From Candidatus Enterousia sp. (GTDB lineage: Bacteria > Pseudomonadota > Alphaproteobacteria > Rs-D84), in assembly GCA_045576255.1 (NCBI GenBank), contig JAZNGD010000014.1, forward strand, positions 1 through 35,024: a stretch of DNA of 35,024 nt. Reading direction: 5' to 3'. The notes beneath the pieces were generated by a model. It saw nothing but the letters and a program-made list of their open reading frames with translations. It was not told the origin of the DNA and did no database searches. Of this stretch, positions 10,060-18,924 are shown one piece after another. The translations under genes and the position numbers were made by a program. Within the stretch, counting starts at the first letter, position 1; every line of letters starts with the position of its first letter.

Positions 10060-12651
10060 CTATTCTGATCCCAGTTCCAAACTTTTCAATTCCAAATCTT
10101 CATTATTGGTTTCGTATGTAATATCGTCACTCACGATATTTAACACTTTTTTCAAGTCATTTTGCGCTGTGGACACAAGTTTCAAATCAGTATCACGTCC
10201 GCAAACAACTAACGATAAAACAGGTGTTTTAACCGATTTTTGCTTTTCTGATTTCATTTTGCGCACTTTTTCAACAACAGACACAACAGTGGTATATAAA
10301 TCATACGATGTTCCAAACAAGGTATATTTGTCCGCATCTGGATACATTTGAATATGTATAGAATTTTCACCAGTTCCCCATGGTCTGGCTTGATAAACTT
10401 CTTCTGTTATAAATACCAAGAAAGGCGCAAACATTAAACAGAACAAATCTATGGATAACATCAACGATGAAACAGCGGATTTATTATCTGCGCTATATGC
10501 TCGTCCTTTTACTATTTCCAGATAGTTATCGCAGAAATCCCAGAATAATTTTTCGGTCGCTTCCAACGCACCTGCATAATCATTCTGTCCAAATAAACGA
10601 CGTGAATTTGTGATACATGCCGATATTTTAGCAATCCACGCACAATCTAATTCGTTGGTTATATTTGAAACATAATCTTTCGTGATGTCAATACCACTTT
10701 GTTCAACGATATTAAACACGAATTTTGAAGCATTAAAAAACTTGTTGCATAATTTTTTACCTTGGTCCATAACCTTTTCTTCAAAAGTAGCGTCTATACC
10801 TAAACGCGCACGTCCAGCCCAATACCGAACAGCATCAGCAGAATACTTTTCAATCAGGTTGATTGGAGTTATAACATTTCCTTTTGATTTGCTCATTTTT
10901 TTACGGTCTGGGTCAAGAACAAAACCGCTGATATGCGCCTGATGCCAAGGAATCGTGTTGTCGGTGGCATATGCTTTCATAATAGTGTAAAAAGCCCATG
11001 TCCTTATAATATCGTGTGCTTGTGGACGAACGTCAAAAGGTAATGAAAGATGATGTCCTTTTGGCGCGATTTCCATAGCAATTTGTGGCGTCACCGAAGA
11101 TGTTGCCCACGTATCCATGATGTCTTTTTCGCCGACGAATCCGTTTGGTTGTCCACGTTGTGATTCATTAAATCCGTTTGGAACATTCGTCATAGGGTCA
11201 ACAGGCAATTGTTCGTATTCTGGGTAAATAGGACGCGAATAATCCACAATCCCTTTATCGTTCACATGATACCAAACAGGGAAAGGAACCCCAAAGAAAC
11301 GCTGTCTTGAAATACACCAATCTTGATTCAATCCATTTACCCACGCTTCATATCTTGATTGCATGTGTTGTGGATACCATTTTATTTTACGTCCTTGTTC
11401 TATCAATTCTTGTTTTATACGTAAAACATCTATGAACCACTGACGCGAAGACACAAATTCCAATGGTCGTGACCCTTTTTCATAAAATTTAACGGGGTGT
11501 GTTAATGGACGTGGTTCTGCTAATAAATCGCCACTTTCGCGTAAAAATTCAACAATTTGTGAACGCGCTTTTTTAACAGGCAAGCCCGATATTTTATCAT
11601 AGTATTCACGCGCTTTTTCAGGATTCAAAGAAACAAAATTGCCAGTTCCATATTCCAACGGAATTAAACGACCGTCTTTATCTATTATCTGTTTGATAGG
11701 CAATCCCGATTGTTTCCACCATGCAACATCTGCCGCGTCACCGAAAGTGCAAACCATCATTATGCCCGTTCCTTTGTCTGGTTCCGCGTGTTCTGATGGA
11801 ACAATAGGCACAGGAATATCAAACAACGGAACAATAGCAGTTTTTCCAAAATATTTTTTATATCTTTCATCATCAGGATGAGCAACAACCGCGATACATG
11901 CGGGCAAAAATTCTGGTCTTGTGGTTGCTATCTTGAAAAATTCACCTGGTTCATCCTTGATTCCGAATTTGATATCATGAAAGAATCCCGCAATTTCCCT
12001 ATCTTCTATTTCTGCTTGCGCCACAGCAGATTGAAAATCAACATCCCACATGGTTGGTGCTTCTACATTTTTACAAAAACCTTTGTTTACCAGTTCCAAA
12101 AACGATTTCTGTGAAACTTTGATTGCTTCTGGCGAAATGGTGGTATACACTAAATTCCAATCATACGAATGTCCGATACGATGAAATATGTCTTCAAAAA
12201 CTTTTTCGTCATTTTGGGTCAATAAATGACATGTTTCTATGAAATTACGACGCGAAACAGGACGCAATTCTTTAACATCTTCAACGTGTTCTGGAACAAA
12301 TTTATCATCATAAGGTAAATCCGCGTCACAAGAAATACCATAATAATTTTGCACACGACGTTCAGTAGGTAAACCGTTATCGTCCCAACCAATCGGATAA
12401 AAAATCGCTTTGCCGTTCATTCGTTGCCAACGAACCGTTATATCTGTTTGGGTATAACTCATAATATGGCCGATATGTAAAGAACCAGACACAGTTGGTG
12501 GTGGCGTATCAACCACGTAAGTATTATCACGTGGTGCATCTTTATCAAAAGCATAGACATTATTTACCTGCCAAAAATTGACGCAACGTTGTTCTATTCC
12601 TGTAAAATCTAATTTATTATCAAGTCCCTTTTGTGTCTTATAGTTTGGCAT
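10060..12651 (-). CDS. valS: Valine--tRNA ligase, type 2 (archaeal/actinobacterial-like)
   Basis: DTPPPTVSGSLHIGH, GWDDNGLPTER, DWCISRQR, RPQAHDIIRTW, KMSKSKGN; no long C-terminal coiled coil. Confidence 0.96.
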   Translation of the reverse strand: MPNYKTQKGLDNKLDFTGIEQRCVNFWQVNNVYAFDKDAPRDNTYVVDTPPPTVSGSLHIGHIMSYTQTDITVRWQRMNGKAIFYPIGWDDNGLPTERRVQNYYGISCDADLPYDDKFVPEHVEDVKELRPVSRRNFIETCHLLTQNDEKVFEDIFHRIGHSYDWNLVYTTISPEAIKVSQKSFLELVNKGFCKNVEAPTMWDVDFQSAVAQAEIEDREIAGFFHDIKFGIKDEPGEFFKIATTRPEFLPACIAVVAHPDDERYKKYFGKTAIVPLFDIPVPIVPSEHAEPDKGTGIMMVCTFGDAADVAWWKQSGLPIKQIIDKDGRLIPLEYGTGNFVSLNPEKAREYYDKISGLPVKKARSQIVEFLRESGDLLAEPRPLTHPVKFYEKGSRPLEFVSSRQWFIDVLRIKQELIEQGRKIKWYPQHMQSRYEAWVNGLNQDWCISRQRFFGVPFPVWYHVNDKGIVDYSRPIYPEYEQLPVDPMTNVPNGFNESQRGQPNGFVGEKDIMDTWATSSVTPQIAMEIAPKGHHLSLPFDVRPQAHDIIRTWAFYTIMKAYATDNTIPWHQAHISGFVLDPDRKKMSKSKGNVITPINLIEKYSADAVRYWAGRARLGIDATFEEKVMDQGKKLCNKFFNASKFVFNIVEQSGIDITKDYVSNITNELDCAWIAKISACITNSRRLFGQNDYAGALEATEKLFWDFCDNYLEIVKGRAYSADNKSAVSSLMLSIDLFCLMFAPFLVFITEEVYQARPWGTGENSIHIQMYPDADKYTLFGTSYDLYTTVVSVVEKVRKMKSEKQKSVKTPVLSLVVCGRDTDLKLVSTAQNDLKKVLNIVSDDITYETNNEDLELKSLELGSE

Positions 12652-12699
12652 AATAACCCCTATTTTTGCTTGTGTTTATAATTGTAAAACTGCGCGGCT

Positions 12700-12727
12700 A
12701 TTATAAAATGAATCCCAGCAAAGTCAA
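12700..12727 (-). promoter_or_regulatory. sigma70 promoter of valS
   Basis: TTGACT-16-TATAAT on the minus strand. Confidence 0.7.
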
Positions 12728-12876
12728 GGTTTTCTAAGATTCAGCCTTTACTTTTCAAGAAATTTTTCGAATATATATTCATGCACATATTTACCATTTA
12801 TACATACCGCGTCATGTAATATACCTGTGATAACAAAACCATTTTTCAAATTATTACCAGAATCTGTATGTTCTGT

Positions 12877-12905
12877 AAAAAAACAGGCAAAAGCTGCCTG
12901 TTTTT
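12877..12905. terminator. Intrinsic terminator downstream of the 56-aa gene
   Basis: AAAAACAGGCA-AAAGC-TGCCTGTTTTT. Confidence 0.8.
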
Positions 12906-12928
12906 CTTAAATTTGTATACGTCTTTTA

Positions 12929-13099
12929 TTAATTTTCGCCTTTTCCGAACGTGACACCAAAAAAGTTTTCAAACAAATTTTTCAAAGGAACCGCGCCACC
13001 CTGTTCCAATTTGTTAATCGCATCATAAAAAGCCGAATTTTCGACTTGGCGATTCACAGCGTTAATACCTTCGTTCATTTTCTTTACCATATCAGTCAT
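12929..13099 (-). CDS. Small hypothetical protein (56 aa)
   Basis: MTDMVKKMNEGINAVNRQVENSAFYDAINKLEQGGAVPLKNLFENFFGVTFGKGEN*; GAGG RBS, TTGACA-17-TAAATT promoter at ~13136-13164, own terminator. Confidence 0.75.
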   Translation of the reverse strand: MTDMVKKMNEGINAVNRQVENSAFYDAINKLEQGGAVPLKNLFENFFGVTFGKGEN

Positions 13100-13181
13100 A
13101 TTAATGCCTCTTTAAAACATCTCTCTGACAAGGTCAATTTACACTAATAAAACTTTTTTGTCAAGTATTTTATAATGCAAA

Positions 13182-14699
13182 TTATTGACCGCACCCATAC
13201 TCTGCGCACCCTTCCATTGTATACTCTTCAACTTCAACCGCCACTGGCACAGCAGGTTCTGTATAATGCATTTCTTTTACAACACGCACACGACGATTTG
13301 CAGCATCTGGAGTATTATCAGGTGTTTGCACAGCCAAATCTTCTTCGCCGGCAGACACAGCAACAATCTGGCTGGCAGGTATACCATACTTAATCAGCAT
13401 TTTTTGTACAGCTTCGGCCCTGCGACCACCAAGCGCATAATTATAATTTCTGCTGCCTGCGGTATCAGTATGCCCAACAACAGAAACCTTGATATTTTTA
13501 TTATCTTGGGTTGCGGACGCCAGTTTCTTTATCAATTCTTGATATTCTGGTTTGATAATAGATTTATTAAAGTCAAATCTGATTTCAAACACTTCTTCCA
13601 TAACATGCTGGGTTGGTTCCAGTGGTATTTGCTGAACCTTGATCATTGTTTTTTCGCCACTTGCCGCCTGCAAAGCATCCAAGCGTTCATTAATGGCCTT
13701 TAATTCGGCGCGCATAGCCATCATCATATTAATAAACTCTTCACGCGAAACTAATTCATCCCCGATTTGTGGAATTTCATCACGCGAAACCAATTCATCC
13801 CCGGTTTGTGGAATTTCATCACGCGAACCATCGTCTTGAGTTTCAACAGCGACAATCATTCCAGCAGGTGTTTGTTTCGATGTTTTATTAATCGTTTTAT
13901 CACCACCTGCAATATATTGGTTAAATATCAGCGGTTGTGCAGACTGTACAGGCACAGGATTTATCAGATGTTCAGGCACATTTACGTTATTTACAATAAT
14001 AACCCCTTCGCGTGCCTGGGCACGAGCCCCCATCATTCTTCGCGTATCTGGATAATAAGTTTGCGTTTCTTTTACGACAGTTTTTTCTTCGACGACCGTA
14101 TTTTCAGTCTGTTGCTTTTCTGTCTTGGGCACGACTTTACCACCCTGACAATCACGCAAAGCGACCATTGTTTTATTAAATCTGTCACGACATTGTTCTG
14201 CTGTTGCCATTTGCCCACTGGCCGTCGCAGACAACCAGCAATCGTATTTAGCCTGGGCTTCGGCGGCCAATTCAGGATTCAAAAAAGAAGCATCATTTTT
14301 CAATTGTTCCATCAATTCATCATATGCGCTTTCCAATTCAAACATAACCTGACCATCTTGAACGGGCCAATTATCGACGGATTCCGGGAAAGGCACTTCG
14401 CCAGAAAATGCCGCAATCGCTTTGTTTGCAAACAATTCGCCCATTTCAGAATAACCACTGGTCCGCGCGTTATAAATTGCATAAGACCGATAATTCATTG
14501 CCAACTGGTTTAAAAAAGAATCTTTGTGTGGTGCAGAATAAACATCCAACGATTCGACATAATCAACATTAGGGGTTTCAACAACCCCAGTATATTCAAC
14601 CATACCATCAGAATGGGCGCACGCAGCCAAGCCAATAACGCCAGCAATCATCAAAACACGTGAAACGACCCATGTTGCCACAGATTTTTTATTTTTCAT
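13182..14699 (-). CDS. OmpA-family peptidoglycan-associated lipoprotein
   Basis: Lipobox LAAC; AQAKYDCW helical domain; C-terminal FDFNKS, GHTDTAG, NYALGGRRA, NRRV. Confidence 0.9.
   Translation of the reverse strand: MKNKKSVATWVVSRVLMIAGVIGLAACAHSDGMVEYTGVVETPNVDYVESLDVYSAPHKDSFLNQLAMNYRSYAIYNARTSGYSEMGELFANKAIAAFSGEVPFPESVDNWPVQDGQVMFELESAYDELMEQLKNDASFLNPELAAEAQAKYDCWLSATASGQMATAEQCRDRFNKTMVALRDCQGGKVVPKTEKQQTENTVVEEKTVVKETQTYYPDTRRMMGARAQAREGVIIVNNVNVPEHLINPVPVQSAQPLIFNQYIAGGDKTINKTSKQTPAGMIVAVETQDDGSRDEIPQTGDELVSRDEIPQIGDELVSREEFINMMMAMRAELKAINERLDALQAASGEKTMIKVQQIPLEPTQHVMEEVFEIRFDFNKSIIKPEYQELIKKLASATQDNKNIKVSVVGHTDTAGSRNYNYALGGRRAEAVQKMLIKYGIPASQIVAVSAGEEDLAVQTPDNTPDAANRRVRVVKEMHYTEPAVPVAVEVEEYTMEGCAEYGCGQ
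13740..13827 (-). repeat. 39-bp in-frame tandem repeat (~2.3 copies) in the OmpA linker
   Basis: Encodes SRDEIPQTGDELV SRDEIPQIGDELV SREE. Confidence 0.85.
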
Positions 14700-14779
14700 T
14701 GGCAGATTCCTTCCCTTTATTTTGGATACATTATACGCTTTTTTACGATATTAGTAAAGCAGAAAAATCAAATGTAAAA

Positions 14780-15592
14780 CTATTGTTGAAACAATTGGCC
14801 GGCCACATTTGTCAAACCACCCAAATTAAAGCCACCGCCGCCACCCATACCAGAAGTGACACTTTGAACCATTTCCATAACAGAACCCGTGTTCGTCTTT
14901 TGTCCCAGACCGCCAACCGTATTAGCCAAGAAATTACCCATGGCTTCTTTCTTTCTGGCATTAAGCTTCACAGTTGAACAATTTTCAAATTTTTCCATTA
15001 TTTTTGACGCAGTCGCCCATTCAGACGCAGTATAATCAGCCTGGGTAAAATCAATCAAACTGAATATCTCATATATATTAGATACTTCTTTTCTGTATCT
15101 TTCGCTGCAACTTAATTCACCATCTGAACAATAATATTCTTTGGCTGCTTTTGGAAAGCCATACCACACAGTTCCTTCGTCCGATTTTTTCTTAAATGTA
15201 TCATAGCAAATATCAGAAGCATCGTTCGTATCGCCAGCAATCTGTACAGAGCTTTTATAAGTATTACCATCAATGCAAGGACTTTGATTCAGCATAGTTT
15301 GAACTTCGTCTGCGGTCATCGCGCCGGTTTTTGCCCACTCTTTAACCATATCGTTAACCCAGTTGATTTCACTGCCAGTCGGCACACATTCAGCAGTCAA
15401 AGCCTTTTGCTGTTGTCCAAGCGCCTGTGCCCCTTGAACCAATGTCATAACTGTTGGCAACAAACTGTTCATTGCGTCTTTTTTTTCAACTTGTTTCGTC
15501 GCAACAGAAGCAGACTTTTTTATAACCACAGAAAACGCCGCATTTTGCGCCGAAAACAGTAAGACCACAAAAACACCTAGAATTTTTTTCAT
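14780..15592 (-). CDS. Hypothetical secreted Cys-containing protein
   Basis: Signal peptide MKKILGVFVVLLFSAQNAAFS, six Cys, Gly-rich C-terminus. Confidence 0.8.
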   Translation of the reverse strand: MKKILGVFVVLLFSAQNAAFSVVIKKSASVATKQVEKKDAMNSLLPTVMTLVQGAQALGQQQKALTAECVPTGSEINWVNDMVKEWAKTGAMTADEVQTMLNQSPCIDGNTYKSSVQIAGDTNDASDICYDTFKKKSDEGTVWYGFPKAAKEYYCSDGELSCSERYRKEVSNIYEIFSLIDFTQADYTASEWATASKIMEKFENCSTVKLNARKKEAMGNFLANTVGGLGQKTNTGSVMEMVQSVTSGMGGGGGFNLGGLTNVAGQLFQQ

Positions 15593-15678
15593 CTCTCTTG
15601 GACAGCATTATAACATATTTTTTTTATTAAACAAATATAAAAATTGCAATTTTGTTTTCATCAAGGTAAAGTATCAGT

Positions 15679-16158
15679 ATGTCAACAAGCAAACGAAATT
15701 TTATAATAATGTCCAAACACCGTCGCCTGAAACGCCTGTGGCAGTTTTTCTTTACAGGATGGGGGCTGGTAATGATTGCATCGCTGGTTGCCAGCGCACT
15801 GTTTACAAAGCAAATTTTATGGAACCCAATCGAAGCCATCAATATGAATGACATTGCGACAAAACAATTTAAAATGTCTGGCGCTTCGTTTGTCGGAACA
15901 GATAAAAACGGCGCGCCTTTTAAAATAAACGCAAAAAATGGCTATCAAGAATATGATAATCCTGACATAATATTTATGGAAACCATTTCTGGAAAAATCA
16001 CCAGAAACAGAAACAATGCAAAAGTCACAGATTACATCAGCGCAAAATCTGGGCAATACAACCGCACGAATAAAACAATCACCTTGATTGGTGATGTTCA
16101 GATTGATTCCAGCAATGGCGACAAGACAAGAACAAAAGAATTGGTGATAAAATTATGA
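15679..16158 (+). CDS. lptC: LPS export protein LptC-like
   Basis: Single N-terminal TM, then beta-jellyroll-like GTDKNGAPFKINA, ISAKSGQYN and LIGDVQI segments; overlaps the lptB start. Confidence 0.75.
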   Translation: MSTSKRNFIIMSKHRRLKRLWQFFFTGWGLVMIASLVASALFTKQILWNPIEAINMNDIATKQFKMSGASFVGTDKNGAPFKINAKNGYQEYDNPDIIFMETISGKITRNRNNAKVTDYISAKSGQYNRTNKTITLIGDVQIDSSNGDKTRTKELVIKL

Positions 16159-16883
16159 AACAATCTATACTGAAAATTGAACATTTATCAAAAGCGTACG
16201 GCAAACGTATGGTTATTCGTGATATTTCACTGGAAGCACACCAAGGCGAATCGGTCGGCCTGTTGGGACCGAATGGCGCTGGGAAAACAACTGCTTTTTA
16301 TTGTATAACAGGTCAATTGGCGGCAACATCTGGTCAAATATTCTTGAATTCCCAAGATATAACCCACCTGCCATTTTATCAGCGTGCGCGCCTGCATATT
16401 GGATACCTGCCCCAAGAAAACAGCGTATTCCGTGGCCTGACGGTGGAACAAAACATTATGGCAATATTAGAAGTCGTTGAACCAGACAGAAAAAAACGTC
16501 AGGAAAAACTAGATTCTTTATTAGAAGAATTTTCCATCACATCTTTGCGTCGCAGCCCTGCAACCGCATTATCTGGGGGCGAACGTCGCCGCGTTGAAAT
16601 TGCACGCGCGTTGGCAAACAACCCAAAATTCATATTATTAGACGAACCATTTGCAGGAATTGACCCGATTGCTGTTAATGAAATCCGCAGTCTGGTATCC
16701 CAATTAAAAAATCGCGGTCTGGGTGTTATCATCACAGACCACAATGTTCGTGAAACATTGGGCATTACCGACCGCAGTTATGTTTTACATGACGGCAAGA
16801 TTTTAAAACATGGCACAACCGATGAAATCGTCCAAGATGAAATGGTAAAAAAAGTATATCTTGGCGAAGATTTTGTTATGTAG
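16155..16883 (+). CDS. lptB: LPS export ABC ATPase
   Basis: GPNGAGKTT, YLPQENSVFRGLTV, LSGGERRRVEIARAL, DEPFAGIDP, ITDHNVRETL, VYLGEDF. Confidence 0.97.
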   Translation: MKQSILKIEHLSKAYGKRMVIRDISLEAHQGESVGLLGPNGAGKTTAFYCITGQLAATSGQIFLNSQDITHLPFYQRARLHIGYLPQENSVFRGLTVEQNIMAILEVVEPDRKKRQEKLDSLLEEFSITSLRRSPATALSGGERRRVEIARALANNPKFILLDEPFAGIDPIAVNEIRSLVSQLKNRGLGVIITDHNVRETLGITDRSYVLHDGKILKHGTTDEIVQDEMVKKVYLGEDFVM

Positions 16884-16890
16884 TTCCAAT

Positions 16891-16920
16891 AAAAAAATGC
16901 CCCAAACGGGGCATTTTTTT
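16891..16920. terminator. Bidirectional terminator
   Basis: AAAAAAATGCCCC-AAAC-GGGGCATTTTTTT. Confidence 0.85.
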
Positions 16921-18733
16921 AGTCTTGCAAGAAACCGCCCGACTGCATTTTCCACAAACGCGCATACTCGCCACGTTTGCGCAACAGCTGATTATGTGTC
17001 CCTTGTTCAATAATACGACCTTCTTTCAGCACAACAATTCTGTCCATATTACGCAAGGTAGATAACCTGTGCGCAATTGCAACAGTTGTGCGTCCCTCTG
17101 CCAGTTCATCGAACGACTTTTGGATTGCAACCTCGGTTTCGCTGTCCAATGCAGATGTAGCTTCGTCCAGAACCAAAATTGGCGCATCTTTCAAGAACGC
17201 ACGCGCAATTGCCACACGCTGTTTTTGGCCACCGGACAATTTAATTCCACGTTCACCAACCATAGAATCATATTTCTTGTCTGTTCCCATGATAAATTCA
17301 TGTGCTGCAGCCCGTTTCGCTGCGCGCCGAATTTCTGTGTCTGTTGCGTTTTCTTTGCCGTACGCAATGTTTTCACGTAATGTACGATTAAACATTGTTG
17401 GTTCCTGGGGAATAAACGCAATATTTTCACGCAATGAATTTTGATTTACATCGCGAATATCCTGTCCATCGATTAAAATCGCACCACGATTTGGGTCATA
17501 AAAGCGCATCAGTAAATTAACCAATGTTGTTTTACCAGCGCCCGATGGTCCAACCAAACCGACGCGTTCGCCTGGTTTAATTGTCAGGTTAAAATCATTT
17601 AAAATCCATTTGCGTTTATATTTAAACGACAGGTTTTTAAATTCAATTTTACCGTTTTTAACCTGTAACGCAGGTGCATTTTCTGCATCACAAACTTCAA
17701 TTAGCACAACCAGTTCTGAATATGCCTTGACAGCAGAACTCAACCGTTCTGTAATCCCAGGAATTTGGTTCACAATTGTTCCTATCATATTCATAACCTG
17801 AAAATATATCGATATAGTAAATATGATCTCAGACAATGAAATAGTGCCACGCATATATAAATATGCACACAATATCAATGTACCACCATAACACAAATCC
17901 CACACCACAGCAGGCACACCCCAAAATAGACGTTGCACAAAGAACGAATGAACCCTGGCAGCAATATGTTTTTGTCTTGGTTTTTCCAAATATTGTTGTT
18001 CACGTTTTGCGCCTGCAAACAATTTCACAACAGAATAATTAGAAATACTGTCCACCAATTTGCCAGACAAAGAACTTGATGCACCACTGGCTTCTTTCGC
18101 TGCTTTATTCATCGGTTTAATCAGCATCCAGCTGTACGCAACACGAAAAACAAATACGCATGCAAAAATAATCGCCACATATACATTGATTGTAAAGATT
18201 AAACCAGCACTAATAAGCATGCTGACAATCAACCACACAACGCGCCACAAGTCTTCTACGACCCAAAAACCATCTGAAATAAAGTTGATTTCACTGTTAA
18301 CCTTACCTGCCATACGCCCTGTCCAAAAAGACATAGACTGACGATGTGCAAAATCTGTTAAAACCTCATTCACACGATTACGCAGTTTTGGTGCCCATCT
18401 TGCGTGATACATTCCACGCAAAATAGCTGCAATTGAAATCATTACATTCAATCCAACAATCAATAAAATTGTCGGCAATGCAAATTGAACAAAGTTCATA
18501 CCATCTGGCACAGGTGTTTCAAACAATTGCACAAACCAACGCTCAAAATATGGGAATAAAACACTGTTCGACAGTGCAACCACATAAAACAATGCCCACA
18601 TTCCAAACGGCACCCAAGACCCCGGTAATGCATACTTAAAATAAAATCCCCACAATGATTTAGGCAGCGCTAAACCTTGCTCTTTTCGTTTTTTATTGGA
18701 AGATTTTGGTCGTCCAATGATTTTGCGTAACAT
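16919..18733 (-). CDS. ABC exporter, fused TMD-NBD (multidrug/MdlB-like)
   Basis: Multi-pass N-terminal half; GPSGAGKTT, LSGGQKQR, LDEATSALD, AHRLST. Confidence 0.93.
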   Translation of the reverse strand: MLRKIIGRPKSSNKKRKEQGLALPKSLWGFYFKYALPGSWVPFGMWALFYVVALSNSVLFPYFERWFVQLFETPVPDGMNFVQFALPTILLIVGLNVMISIAAILRGMYHARWAPKLRNRVNEVLTDFAHRQSMSFWTGRMAGKVNSEINFISDGFWVVEDLWRVVWLIVSMLISAGLIFTINVYVAIIFACVFVFRVAYSWMLIKPMNKAAKEASGASSSLSGKLVDSISNYSVVKLFAGAKREQQYLEKPRQKHIAARVHSFFVQRLFWGVPAVVWDLCYGGTLILCAYLYMRGTISLSEIIFTISIYFQVMNMIGTIVNQIPGITERLSSAVKAYSELVVLIEVCDAENAPALQVKNGKIEFKNLSFKYKRKWILNDFNLTIKPGERVGLVGPSGAGKTTLVNLLMRFYDPNRGAILIDGQDIRDVNQNSLRENIAFIPQEPTMFNRTLRENIAYGKENATDTEIRRAAKRAAAHEFIMGTDKKYDSMVGERGIKLSGGQKQRVAIARAFLKDAPILVLDEATSALDSETEVAIQKSFDELAEGRTTVAIAHRLSTLRNMDRIVVLKEGRIIEQGTHNQLLRKRGEYARLWKMQSGGFLQD

Positions 18734-18821
18734 AAGTTATCCTTTTGTTTAAAATTTAATTTTTAATTCTAAAATATTGCCCCCCACGACCAATCGGCCA
18801 CAAATATTTTGACGGACAACA

Positions 18822-18842
18822 TTACATATACAGCAAGCTCAC
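18822..18842 (-). other. Putative 6-aa leader uORF (MSLLYM)
   Basis: AAAGGAGG-5 nt-GTG AGC TTG CTG TAT ATG TAA in the leader of the ABC exporter. Confidence 0.5.
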
Positions 18843-18891
18843 TGGCGCCTCCTTTGTTTTATTTTTAGCTTTTAAGTGATATTGCGCGACC

Positions 18892-18919
18892 GTTATACCA
18901 CAAAAAGAAATATTGTCAA
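18892..18919 (-). promoter_or_regulatory. sigma70 promoter of the ABC exporter
   Basis: TTGACA-16-TATAAC with TG extension. Confidence 0.7.
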
Positions 18920-18924
18920 GATTT

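Noticed and set aside
9872-10351. 159-aa plus-strand ORF and the many other antisense or nested ORFs in the track
   Set aside because: They overlap confident genes on the opposite strand or in another frame and have no recognisable motifs.
12655-12875. T-box upstream of valS, and a 10-nt match (GCGTCATGTA near 12809) to the array core
   Set aside because: The promoter lies only ~50 nt from the ATG with no T-box consensus, and the 10-mer lacks the hairpin context.
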